64,000 bases of DNA from positions 446-64,445 of the forward strand of contig CAUJIB010000007.1 in assembly GCA_963205245.1 (NCBI GenBank), given 5' to 3'. Below the pieces are notes generated by a model. That model had not been told where the DNA came from and made no database searches. It saw only the letters and a program-made list of their open reading frames with translations. Position numbers and translations under genes: made by a program. Below, piece by piece: positions 32,215 through 40,255 of this stretch (position 1 is its first letter; each line of letters starts with the position of its first letter). Source of the DNA: Pseudomonadota bacterium. GTDB lineage: Bacteria > Pseudomonadota > Alphaproteobacteria > Rickettsiales > SXRF01.

Positions 32215-32411
32215 TGTCCTACAACGCCGCCAGCTATAGCAGAACCAATAGCAGTAAGAGCTTTACTCCCACCTATAATTGTTGCTACTTCTGCGCTAGA
32301 AGCCACAAGAGCAGTAATAGCAGCCGCTCCAATAATTACAGAACCCCAATTCACATCTTGTAAAGCCATAATCTTCTCACTATTTAAGTATGTCAAAAAC
32401 TTTATGTTCAT
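32154..32411 (-). CDS. small glycine-zipper membrane protein
   Basis: GSVIIGAAAITALVASS...IGSAIAGGVVG hydrophobic Gly-rich segments. Confidence 0.35.
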   Translation of the reverse strand: MNIKFLTYLNSEKIMALQDVNWGSVIIGAAAITALVASSAEVATIIGGSKALTAIGSAIAGGVVGHWASKFAERMQDATVALVHR

Positions 32412-32605
32412 ATAGTAACATAAAATATAAAAAAATTATATTACAATTATATGAAAAGATCATTACATGCTAATATTCATATTTTTCAGTATATTAATAA
32501 ATTGTAAAAAATATATTATTTAATTTAATTATATATAAATTAAGATTTATATAGTTTAATATATTTTAAGCAATGTCTTATTATGTTATGAATAACAGGT
32601 AGATT

Positions 32606-33871
32606 ATGAAGTATCTAAATTTGAGTGTCAGTAATTCTACTTTTGAAAATAAGAGCAAGAGAGTTACTCATTTGCATGAAGATGGAACATCAAATAAAAT
32701 AGATATATTTTATGAATTCGACAGAATTATCCCTTGGTCTGATAAAACTCTTTTGGATGCTCATCTGTTGTCTGTTTTAATGTATGCTTCAAAGCGTGGG
32801 AAAAATATAAAAGTTTACGGTACAATTTCTCATCAGTTGTTGCGTAATATAGAGGAATATTTATTAGCTTGGCATAGATGGCGGCCGGAGATTTATAAAG
32901 TTATAGAAATTATTCCTGAACGAATAGAAACAGTTATTAAAAGTCCTTCTCAGGAAAAAGCCATTGCTGCTTTTTCCGGTGGTGTTGATGCTACATTTAC
33001 TGCTTTGCGTCATACTAGAATGCTACCGGAATCTACACGTTATCCATTACGTGGTGTTGTAATGGTGCATGGGTTTGATGTGGATATATATAATCATAAT
33101 GGTTTTGCGCGTCTTATTAAGAGAGTGCAGCCATTATTGGATGATTTGAAGCTGGATTTACGTACAATCCGTACTAATAGCCGTGAATTAAAACTACAGG
33201 ATTGGGAAGATTCGCACGCGCTAGAATTGGCAGCATGTTTGCATATGTATTCAGATGAATTTAATTTTGGCCTTATCGGTAGTACGGATTCTTATGAGGC
33301 CTTAGTGTTGCCGTGGGGATCTAATGCAGTTACAGATCGTTTGATGTCAGGAAATAATTTTTCAATAATTCATGATGGTGCCGGATTTTGTAGGACAGAT
33401 AAAGTTGCAGAAATAGCAAAACACCCTCTTGCCTGTAAGGTATTAAAAGTTTGTTGGGCGGGCGCAGATCAAAGTGATAATTGTGGAAAATGCGAAAAAT
33501 GTGTACGGACTCACCTTAATTTTCTAGCTGTAGGAATGAAGGATAAACCTTCTTGTTTCCCTCGCGAACTTGATCTAAATCTTATAAGTAAAATGGAATT
33601 ACAGTCAGAGGGGCATTTTGCAGAAGTTGTAAGCATCGCAGAATATGCAAAAGCTCATAATATAATTGGTAAATGGGTAGATTTATTGAATGAAAGAATA
33701 AAAATATGGCATCCTATGGATGCTGATATATTAGAGAGAAAGAAAAAAGGTGGTTGCCTGAAAATTGTAATAGTGACAATATTGCAATGTGCGAATCTGG
33801 AAAAGCCGGCAAAAAAAATATGGCGACGGTTGCGTCGTGCCATGGTAAAGCTGAGCATAATACCGCAATAA
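32606..33871 (+). CDS. uncharacterised PP-loop ATP pyrophosphatase-superfamily protein, QueC-like Zn motif (paralogue A)
   Basis: SGGVDAT PP-loop at 32975-32995. C-x9-C-x2-C-x2-C (CWAGADQSDNCGKCEKC) at 33452-33502. Extra about 120-aa N-terminal domain and a basic tail. Confidence 0.6.
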   Translation: MKYLNLSVSNSTFENKSKRVTHLHEDGTSNKIDIFYEFDRIIPWSDKTLLDAHLLSVLMYASKRGKNIKVYGTISHQLLRNIEEYLLAWHRWRPEIYKVIEIIPERIETVIKSPSQEKAIAAFSGGVDATFTALRHTRMLPESTRYPLRGVVMVHGFDVDIYNHNGFARLIKRVQPLLDDLKLDLRTIRTNSRELKLQDWEDSHALELAACLHMYSDEFNFGLIGSTDSYEALVLPWGSNAVTDRLMSGNNFSIIHDGAGFCRTDKVAEIAKHPLACKVLKVCWAGADQSDNCGKCEKCVRTHLNFLAVGMKDKPSCFPRELDLNLISKMELQSEGHFAEVVSIAEYAKAHNIIGKWVDLLNERIKIWHPMDADILERKKKGGCLKIVIVTILQCANLEKPAKKIWRRLRRAMVKLSIIPQ

Positions 33872-33887
33872 TATAATCATTTAATTG

Positions 33888-33964
33888 GCACCCGTAGCTC
33901 AGCTGGATAGAGTGTTGCCCTCCGAAGGCAAAGGTCGGACGTTCGAATCGTCTCGGGTGCGCCA
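33888..33964 (+). tRNA. tRNA-Arg (anticodon CCG), encoded CCA
   Basis: Hand-folded: acceptor GCACCCG/CGGGUGC, anticodon stem UUGCC/GGCAA with loop CUCCGAA, T loop UUCGAAU. 77 nt. Confidence 0.9.
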
Positions 33965-34800
33965 TTCTTCGATATCGGTCGCTTTGGCATAGAGGTCAAA
34001 GAGCTTACGCAAGGAAAACAGCAACTCTCCGCCTTTCAGCGAGAGGTTAGAAAAGACAAACCCCAGAAGTCGGCGTTTTCCGCTATTGTTTGAACTGATG
34101 AACAATTCGTGGGCTTTTCTGCCGAGTTCGAGCGTATCGGCCACGGCATCGCGGAATCCGTCATCGGCCATGTGGTAGCTGTTCAGCTGGTTGGCGAGCT
34201 CAATCTGGCGGGCTTTGAATTTCTGGCGTTTCAGGTCGTGTTCCTGCTTGGACACCGCACCATCGAGCAGCAAGTCCATCAGCTTGTCGAGCTTACCCTG
34301 AATCCCTTCGCTTTCGCTCTGGAGCTTCTGAATCTGGCGTTTATGGAACACCTTCTCGGATTCACACGCCTAGCGCGCATAAGCGACCACATCCTAGAAT
34401 AAATCATCATCGGGCGACATGGATTTGAACACCTGCTCCACCTGCGCCATCACCTGTTCTTCACGCACCCAGAGCTTTTTAGCTGGATTCTCAGTACTCC
34501 AGCACATCAGGTAGGTATATTCCGCCCTGCGGCCATTGCCGTAGGTTTTCACCTTGGTGTCCGCCGTCACCACCTTGCCCGTGGTGGCGCAGGTGAGAAG
34601 CCCACGGAAGACATAATCTTTCTCGCCGTAAGCAAAGGGCTTTTTGTGCCAGCCAAACCGCACTGCTTGACACGCATCGTAGAGTTTTTTGGTAATCAGC
34701 GGTTCATAGACATGGGGGAAATTCCTCCCCTTACGGGCAACGAATGCGGCAAGGTCTGACAGGTGGTTTTTACCAGTCGCCCCACCTTGACGTAGGGCAG
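33965..34800 (-). pseudogene. large serine recombinase remnant (N-terminally truncated, frameshifted)
   Basis: Fragments in at least two frames: HVYEPLITKKLYDACQAV / KKPFAYGEKDYVFRGLLTCATTGKVV (recombinase and zinc-ribbon-like region), then a C-terminal coiled coil (33965-34351). No catalytic resolvase domain. Confidence 0.65.
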
Positions 34801-35326
34801 ATCATAGCGGCTTTCGCTCGCCCACGCGTCGAACAAAACGCAACAAAATAGGTGTCGTAAATGTCCTGATGGTGGGATGGTAATGTCATAAGCCGCTGCC
34901 GCTGTTTGGTTTTTTAACCACTATACAACATCCACGTGATTGCACCAGTATCTATGAAACTATCCGTGCAGTCACCCACCATACCCCCCACGGCTTAGGT
35001 ACGTCCTGCGATAATCCTATACGGGGGCGCAAGGCGCAGCATTTCGCTAGCGACAGAAAACATATTTGCATTTCGTTTCGGTTTTATTGGCGCAAGCGAT
35101 TGAAAATCGTGACGATGCTGAAAATCCGAACAGAAAAACATGCCGTGAAACATTTCGCAAACAGCTACAGGATAGGATGCTTGCATCCTTGTAAACTGAA
35201 AACTCAACTTTCAATTTTCAAGGATATTTTGTGCGGATTGTGTGAAGAAGTGGTTATATTGGCTTGCGAATTTAAAAGCATAAATCAACTAATGTTGCAA
35301 TTTTACGCGGATCGCCTTAAAAGCAA

Positions 35327-35340
35327 TTGATACACATCAA
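35327..35340 (+). promoter_or_regulatory. FNR/FixK box TTGATACACATCAA upstream of the fnr-like gene
   Basis: Perfect TTGAT-N4-ATCAA palindrome ending 19 nt before ATG 35359. Confidence 0.7.
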
Positions 35341-35358
35341 TCATTCCTATTAAGACTT

Positions 35359-36084
35359 ATGAAATCAACATTATCACCATTTTATTCGCTTAACGAACAG
35401 CCGCTTTTCCAAAACCAGCCAACGGTATTACATTCACTTATGCCGCATACCAAAATAAAGATTTACAATAAGGATGATGTTGTTTTGCACCACGGCGATG
35501 TGGCAGTAAGACTGTGGTTGGTGCTAAAAGGCTGGGTGAAGCTCACGCGTCAAACCCCAGATGGGAAAGAAAGTATAATCGGTCTGTGCACTGAGGGGGA
35601 TGTATTTGGTGAAGCGGCGTTGTTTCCACATGCAAATTATCCATATCACGCGCAAACACTGGCGGCGCACACGCAGCTTGCGGCAATTCCAGCGGATATT
35701 ATTCGTAAATTGATTGCAGAAAATGCAGCGTTTTCGGGTGTCGTCATGGAACTGCTAAATGAGCGAACATCACAGGCGCAGCTTAAGCTAGAGCAGATGA
35801 GTACCATGTCCGCATCACAGCGCTTGGGATGTTTTTTGCTGCGGTTGTGTCACACGCAGGCAAATGGATCTAAGACGCTGACGATTCCCGTAGAGAAGCA
35901 TATTTTGGCAGCTTATTTGGGCATGAAACCAGAAACGCTTTCGCGTAGTCAGCAGCAATTAAAACCGCTTGGGCTATCGGTGACAGGGCAAGATATCACT
36001 ATTAGTAATATTGAGAAACTCCGAGAGTTTGTATGTAATAGCTGTTCGGAATCTGGCAGTTGTGAAGCGGAAGCGACAGGCTAA
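35359..36084 (+). CDS. CRP/FNR-family transcription regulator (FixK/FnrL-like)
   Basis: cNMP-binding-like beta-roll. HTH with the E--SR recognition motif (PETLSRSQQ). C-terminal CNSCSESGSC cluster. Confidence 0.85.
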   Translation: MKSTLSPFYSLNEQPLFQNQPTVLHSLMPHTKIKIYNKDDVVLHHGDVAVRLWLVLKGWVKLTRQTPDGKESIIGLCTEGDVFGEAALFPHANYPYHAQTLAAHTQLAAIPADIIRKLIAENAAFSGVVMELLNERTSQAQLKLEQMSTMSASQRLGCFLLRLCHTQANGSKTLTIPVEKHILAAYLGMKPETLSRSQQQLKPLGLSVTGQDITISNIEKLREFVCNSCSESGSCEAEATG

Positions 36085-36503
36085 TCCTGCAACATAGTCT
36101 CTAACGCCTTTGTAAGTCTTCCCGTATTAGAAGGCGCACTAAACCACGCCAACATCAGTGGATATTCAATTTCAGCTACTACTTGTTTGGACACGGAAAT
36201 TGGCAATGAAGCCTGCGTCCACGAAATATCATTGGCGCTGCCTACCAATACAAGCTGACTAAAATCACCATGTTCCAAGGCATTAGTTAGGCGATCACGC
36301 AGATCATTTGCAAATGAGGATATATTGCTCCCATTCTCCAAGAGCGGTGACAGATGCCCATCCGATTGCTTCTGGAATAATGCCGCCATCCCCTCGCATG
36401 CTGCCAGCACCCATACATTTGACTTTGTGCGACAACCGCCACTCTTGCATTTGCCAGAGCAGGCTTTGTTTGTGGTGATGGGTGTGATGGTACAGCCAGA
36501 CAT
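36081..36503 (-). CDS. hypothetical protein, host-attachment-protein-like core with Cys-rich N-terminus
   Basis: VWVLAACEGMAALFQKQSDGHLSPL resembles the N-terminal strand of host-attachment family proteins. Assignment is by recollection only. Confidence 0.35.
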   Translation of the reverse strand: MSGCTITPITTNKACSGKCKSGGCRTKSNVWVLAACEGMAALFQKQSDGHLSPLLENGSNISSFANDLRDRLTNALEHGDFSQLVLVGSANDISWTQASLPISVSKQVVAEIEYPLMLAWFSAPSNTGRLTKALETMLQD

Positions 36504-36505
36504 GG

Positions 36506-36559
36506 CTAGAACTTATAACCAAAAAGTACCGCTAGTGCACCATAAACAATCTTTTTCAT
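36506..36559 (-). CDS. 17-codon hydrophobic small ORF (MKKIVYGALAVLFGYKF)
   Basis: AAGGAG Shine-Dalgarno 6 nt upstream. Its stop lies 2 nt before the next ATG, and an FNR-like box lies about 56 nt upstream. Confidence 0.25.
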   Translation of the reverse strand: MKKIVYGALAVLFGYKF

Positions 36560-36614
36560 AAGTTCTCCTTCATTTATTACTGCGCTGAAAATAGACGAGT
36601 AAACCCAGCAATCC

Positions 36615-36628
36615 TTGATTTGTGTCAA
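36615..36628. promoter_or_regulatory. FNR/FixK-like box TTGATTTGTGTCAA
   Basis: TTGAT-N4-GTCAA (one mismatch to consensus) in the divergent region between the small-ORF operon and the DUF465 pseudogene. Confidence 0.55.
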
Positions 36629-36683
36629 GCGCTCACTTCACCTGCGTGACTATGTTGGTTGGGAACAACAAAAGTAGTTATGT

Positions 36684-36923
36684 ATGCCACTTGAAAATCA
36701 CAGCCTGATCAATGAATTTCTAGAAATGCGCGAGCGCATTCACCAGATAAAAACATCTGACAATCATTTTGCGAGGTTATTTGCGGAATATGATTAGGTA
36801 GAACATTCTGTACACCGCATTGAGTCAGGTGCATAATCAGGCTCAGATGCGCTGGAGACATTGAAGAAACAGCGCCTTAGCCTTAAAGATGAGCTCTTTG
36901 GCTTGCTGATAAAAGCGGCGTAA
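36684..36923 (+). pseudogene. DUF465 (YdcH-like) gene with two in-frame stop codons
   Basis: MPLENHSLINEFLEMRERIHQIKTSDNHFARLFAEYD*VEHSVHRIESGA*SGSDALETLKKQRLSLKDELFGLL. TAG at 36795-36797 and TAA at 36834-36836, all in one frame. Confidence 0.65.
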
Positions 36924-36927
36924 GCCG

Positions 36928-37317
36928 CTACCACTCCATAGTTCGTGCCATGGTTTCGTGGTGCAGGCGTGAGCGGATTACCAAATCCTGCCATTGTTTG
37001 TGCTGCATTGCCTGCATTTGTAAGAGGTTTCCAGTAGCGTGGCCAATGCCAGAGGCTCGTTGCCAATCGTTCCATGCATCCAGCATCGTCTCAGGAGAAA
37101 TCCCAAGCGCTTTACTGTGTGCGTGTAATTTATCACGCCAGAAATTTTTGGTTTTTTCATCATGACCGTGGCTCATATGCGAGGTGGCTAGGCGCTGCGG
37201 ATGCTCCAACATGATCTTACGCCAATGCTCTAACAATTTTTCAGTTTCAGCATTTGAGGTATCAAATGCCGGAAGCTGATTGACATAATCATGCAGTAAC
37301 AAACCGATATTCTGCAC
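36928..37317 (-). CDS. hypothetical His-rich protein (GTG start), possibly the distal part of a split gene
   Basis: 129-aa ORF that opens 4 codons after an in-frame TAG and overlaps the upstream ORF by 29 nt. Confidence 0.3.
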   Translation of the reverse strand: MQNIGLLLHDYVNQLPAFDTSNAETEKLLEHWRKIMLEHPQRLATSHMSHGHDEKTKNFWRDKLHAHSKALGISPETMLDAWNDWQRASGIGHATGNLLQMQAMQHKQWQDLVIRSRLHHETMARTMEW

Positions 37318-37531
37318 CCGACCGCTGCACTATGGGGTCAAGTGTTTTCTCAATGGAGATGCGCGGAGCATCTGTCGATATACGGTGGCGCGGTGCGCTT
37401 GTATGTTCTTTTATTTTTAGATTTTCCAGCGCTTTATTTAGCAGAACTGGGTCTTCATGATGCATCAAATCATGCACGGCATGCGGTAAATATGTGAGCA
37501 AAAAGGGAATATCGTCACCATGCCATTTCAT
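37289..37531 (-). CDS. hypothetical protein coupled to ccoS (ATGA overlap)
   Basis: 80-aa ORF whose ATG overlaps the ccoS stop. Confidence 0.3.
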   Translation of the reverse strand: MKWHGDDIPFLLTYLPHAVHDLMHHEDPVLLNKALENLKIKEHTSAPRHRISTDAPRISIEKTLDPIVQRSGAEYRFVTA

Positions 37532-37683
37532 GCTACGTCCTCGTCTTCGTCATCACGCAACACCCGATGCGCTGCGCCGTCTAAATCCTCAAACTGCCCA
37601 TTTCTCATCGCCCAGAAGAACGCCACTAGCCCAGCCAATCCCAAGGTAAGCGCTATGGGAATGAGGTAGAGGAGTATGTTCAT
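37528..37683 (-). CDS. ccoS: cbb3 oxidase maturation protein CcoS/FixS
   Basis: Not in the ORF track; translated by hand as MNILLYLIPIALTLGLAGLVAFFWAMRNGQFEDLDGAAHRVLRDDEDEDVA. ATGA overlap with the ccoI stop. Confidence 0.85.
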   Translation of the reverse strand: MNILLYLIPIALTLGLAGLVAFFWAMRNGQFEDLDGAAHRVLRDDEDEDVA

Positions 37684-39821
37684 GACTTCCTCGCATTGAG
37701 TCGAATCGCATTAGCAATCACTAGCAGCGACGAGCTGGACATGGCAATGGCGGCGATCAGCGGCGTCACCATGCCAGCAACGGCCAATGGTATAGCAACC
37801 ACATTATATAGAATCGCCAGCAAAAAATTTTGTTTTACCAGTGTTTGTGAATATTTTGCGGTTTTCCAAGCGTTGATTACGGGCTGTAATCTATCACCCT
37901 GAAACACAATATCAGCCGCATTTTGTGTAATGTCCATCGCACTAGCAGGCGACATGGATATGGTGGCAGAAGAAAGTGATGGTGCGTCATTTAGCCCATC
38001 ACCGACCATTAGCACCTTTGCGCCGCTGGTTTTTAGCAACGCGATCTTTTCGGTTTTCTGCACAGGCGATAATGCGCCCTCAAATATCTCAATCCCCAGC
38101 TTTTTGGCAATGTCTTTTGTCACTTCCTGCCGATCACCTGAAAGCAGAATGGTTTTGATGCCAGCGGATTGCAAGGTAGTGATAATTTCTTTTGCATCGA
38201 CGCGTAGTTGATCGGCAAAGGTGAAGCGAATGGGCGACCTGTCATCTTCTGTGAGCCATAATTCCAGTGTATTTTCACCATCATCAGCCAGTTGCGTCGC
38301 CCAACTTCTTTTACCCAATTTAATGCCCTTGGCTTCAAGCCCGCAGCCTTGTACTTCATTTACCGTAAGTGGCAATAATTGGCCAGCATAGGCCTTGCTA
38401 ATTGCCTGTGATAGTGGATGTTTGCTATGTGCTGCGAGTGAGGCTGCTAGCTGTAATTGCTCACTGGAATGAGTAGAAGAGAGGGTTGGTTTGCCCAGTG
38501 TCAGCGTTCCTGTTTTATCAAACACAGCATAGGTGATTATCGCAAGTCGTTCCAACGCACTGCCGCTTTTAAGCAGAATACCGCTACGCATCAGCTTGCC
38601 ACTGGCGAGCACCTGCACCACCGGAACAGCAAGACCCAGCGCACATGGGCAGGTGATAATGAGCACGGTTGCGGCATAAAGCAATGCCACTTGCCACGCT
38701 ACGCTTCCAAACACCATCCAACCAATAAATGTTCCCGCCGCCAGAAAATGCACCACGGGCGTGTACCAGCCGGAAATTTTATCCGCGACAGTGACATATT
38801 TCGCCTGGGTTTGCTCAGCAGACTCCATGAGCTTGATGATTTCCGAAAGCAGCGAACGCTCGCCCGCCTTGGTAACGCGCATGGTGATGGGCGCGGTCAT
38901 ATTGATGGTTCCTGCAAATAACGCCTCACCCACATTCACCTTACGCGGCTGGCTTTCACCAGTGATTAGACTGGTATCAATTTCGGATGCGCCAGAAATT
39001 ACCACGCCATCCGCACCGATCTTCTCACCCGCTGCAACTAGTAGCACTATGCCTTCTTTTATCTCAGAAAGTGGGATTATTTCTTGTTTGCCACCTTCAT
39101 GTAAAACAGTCGCAAACCCCGTCATCATTTTCAGCAAATCATGGGCAGCAGAACGAGCGCGGCCACGAGCACGGGCTTCGAGATAACGCCCGATGAGCAG
39201 GAAAAACAGCAGCATCACGGCGGAATCAAAATAGGAATGTGAGCCAAAGGTGACAGTTTCAAACAAGCTCATAAGCGTGGCGAGAATAACCGCCACCGAA
39301 ATCGGTACGTCCATATTGGTTTTCCACGCACGCAAGACCTTCCACGCCGACCGGTAAAAAGGCATGCCGCAATAAGCAATGGCTGGAATCGCTATTGCCG
39401 CCTGCAACCAATGGAAAAATGTGCGTGTTGCCGCGCCCATTTCAACACTATCGCTTGTCCATAGCGGGATAGAAAATAACATCAGATTGCCACTGGCAAA
39501 GCCAGCTACAGCCAAGCAGCTCAGCAGGAATTTCTCTTCTTTCTTCTCGGCAGTTTCAGCGGTTGTTGGGTCAAACGGCACGGCACTGTAGCCCATGCCA
39601 TTAATTAGCTCTACCCACTTATCGCCTAGCTCCAAAGCACCGTTCCACGTTACGCGCAAACGTTTGGTAGAGAGGTTGAGGCGCGCTGTTTGGACTGCCT
39701 GCTGCTTCTTCAAACCATTTTCAATAATTGCCACGCAACTCGGGCAATGTATTCCATCCACCAGCAGATTTACGTTGTGTGTGCCGTCAGATTCAGTTGT
39801 GATGAAGGGTTTGGTGGTCAT
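37680..39821 (-). CDS. ccoI: copper-translocating P1B-type ATPase CcoI/FixI
   Basis: N-terminal HMA CPSC, TM CPC motif (ITCPCALG), DKTGT and GDGLND. Confidence 0.93.
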   Translation of the reverse strand: MTTKPFITTESDGTHNVNLLVDGIHCPSCVAIIENGLKKQQAVQTARLNLSTKRLRVTWNGALELGDKWVELINGMGYSAVPFDPTTAETAEKKEEKFLLSCLAVAGFASGNLMLFSIPLWTSDSVEMGAATRTFFHWLQAAIAIPAIAYCGMPFYRSAWKVLRAWKTNMDVPISVAVILATLMSLFETVTFGSHSYFDSAVMLLFFLLIGRYLEARARGRARSAAHDLLKMMTGFATVLHEGGKQEIIPLSEIKEGIVLLVAAGEKIGADGVVISGASEIDTSLITGESQPRKVNVGEALFAGTINMTAPITMRVTKAGERSLLSEIIKLMESAEQTQAKYVTVADKISGWYTPVVHFLAAGTFIGWMVFGSVAWQVALLYAATVLIITCPCALGLAVPVVQVLASGKLMRSGILLKSGSALERLAIITYAVFDKTGTLTLGKPTLSSTHSSEQLQLAASLAAHSKHPLSQAISKAYAGQLLPLTVNEVQGCGLEAKGIKLGKRSWATQLADDGENTLELWLTEDDRSPIRFTFADQLRVDAKEIITTLQSAGIKTILLSGDRQEVTKDIAKKLGIEIFEGALSPVQKTEKIALLKTSGAKVLMVGDGLNDAPSLSSATISMSPASAMDITQNAADIVFQGDRLQPVINAWKTAKYSQTLVKQNFLLAILYNVVAIPLAVAGMVTPLIAAIAMSSSSLLVIANAIRLNARKS

Positions 39822-40255
39822 TCTACGACAATACGTTTTCTTTGCTGATAATGCACGCCCTCATGCTCGGTATCTACCCGCACTTCCCACAAACCGTTTG
39901 CTGGAAAATATATAGTCGTTTCCGCGCCCTTTAACTCCACCGTAAAATCCATACCTTGTTGTGTCGGGCGGGTTATGGTGGCGGTGGTTTTTTCAGGAGC
40001 GATAGGCAGATTGTTTTTGTCGTGCAGCGCAAAATGTAGCGCACCATTTTTGTAATCAATAACGCCTTTCCACCCAAGTGACTCTTGCTTTTTCTCAGCG
40101 TCCACCACCTGATTATAAACAAGACCTTTTTCATATGGATGCTCGGTGACAACGCCGCTATGGGTGCGGATGGCGAGCGTGACCATCACCGCATTCACCG
40201 CTGCGACAAAGCCGAAAAACGCCACAAAATACCACCATACGCGCCTGCCAGTCAT
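39818..40255 (-). CDS. ccoH: CcoH/FixH cbb3 oxidase assembly protein
   Basis: Single N-terminal TM (WYFVAFFGFVAAVNAVMV) and size typical of FixH. 4-nt overlaps on both sides. Confidence 0.8.
   Translation of the reverse strand: MTGRRVWWYFVAFFGFVAAVNAVMVTLAIRTHSGVVTEHPYEKGLVYNQVVDAEKKQESLGWKGVIDYKNGALHFALHDKNNLPIAPEKTTATITRPTQQGMDFTVELKGAETTIYFPANGLWEVRVDTEHEGVHYQQRKRIVVE

Noticed and set aside
32412-32605. Extremely AT-rich 194-bp divergent spacer considered as a replication origin or ncRNA
   Set aside because: No DnaA-box-like or iteron pattern was recognised and no stable structure is evident. It is most simply a pair of divergent promoters.
33714-33965. ORFs 33714-33965 and the tail of 33899-34351 reading across the tRNA-Arg gene
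   Set aside because: The portions over 33888-33964 are simply the antisense of the tRNA. Only the part right of 33965 belongs to the recombinase remnant.
35174-35189. Perfect 7-bp hairpin AGGATGC-TT-GCATCCT in the non-coding stretch before the fnr-like gene
   Set aside because: The 2-nt loop is too tight and no U-tract follows, so it is not a convincing terminator. No other function can be supported.
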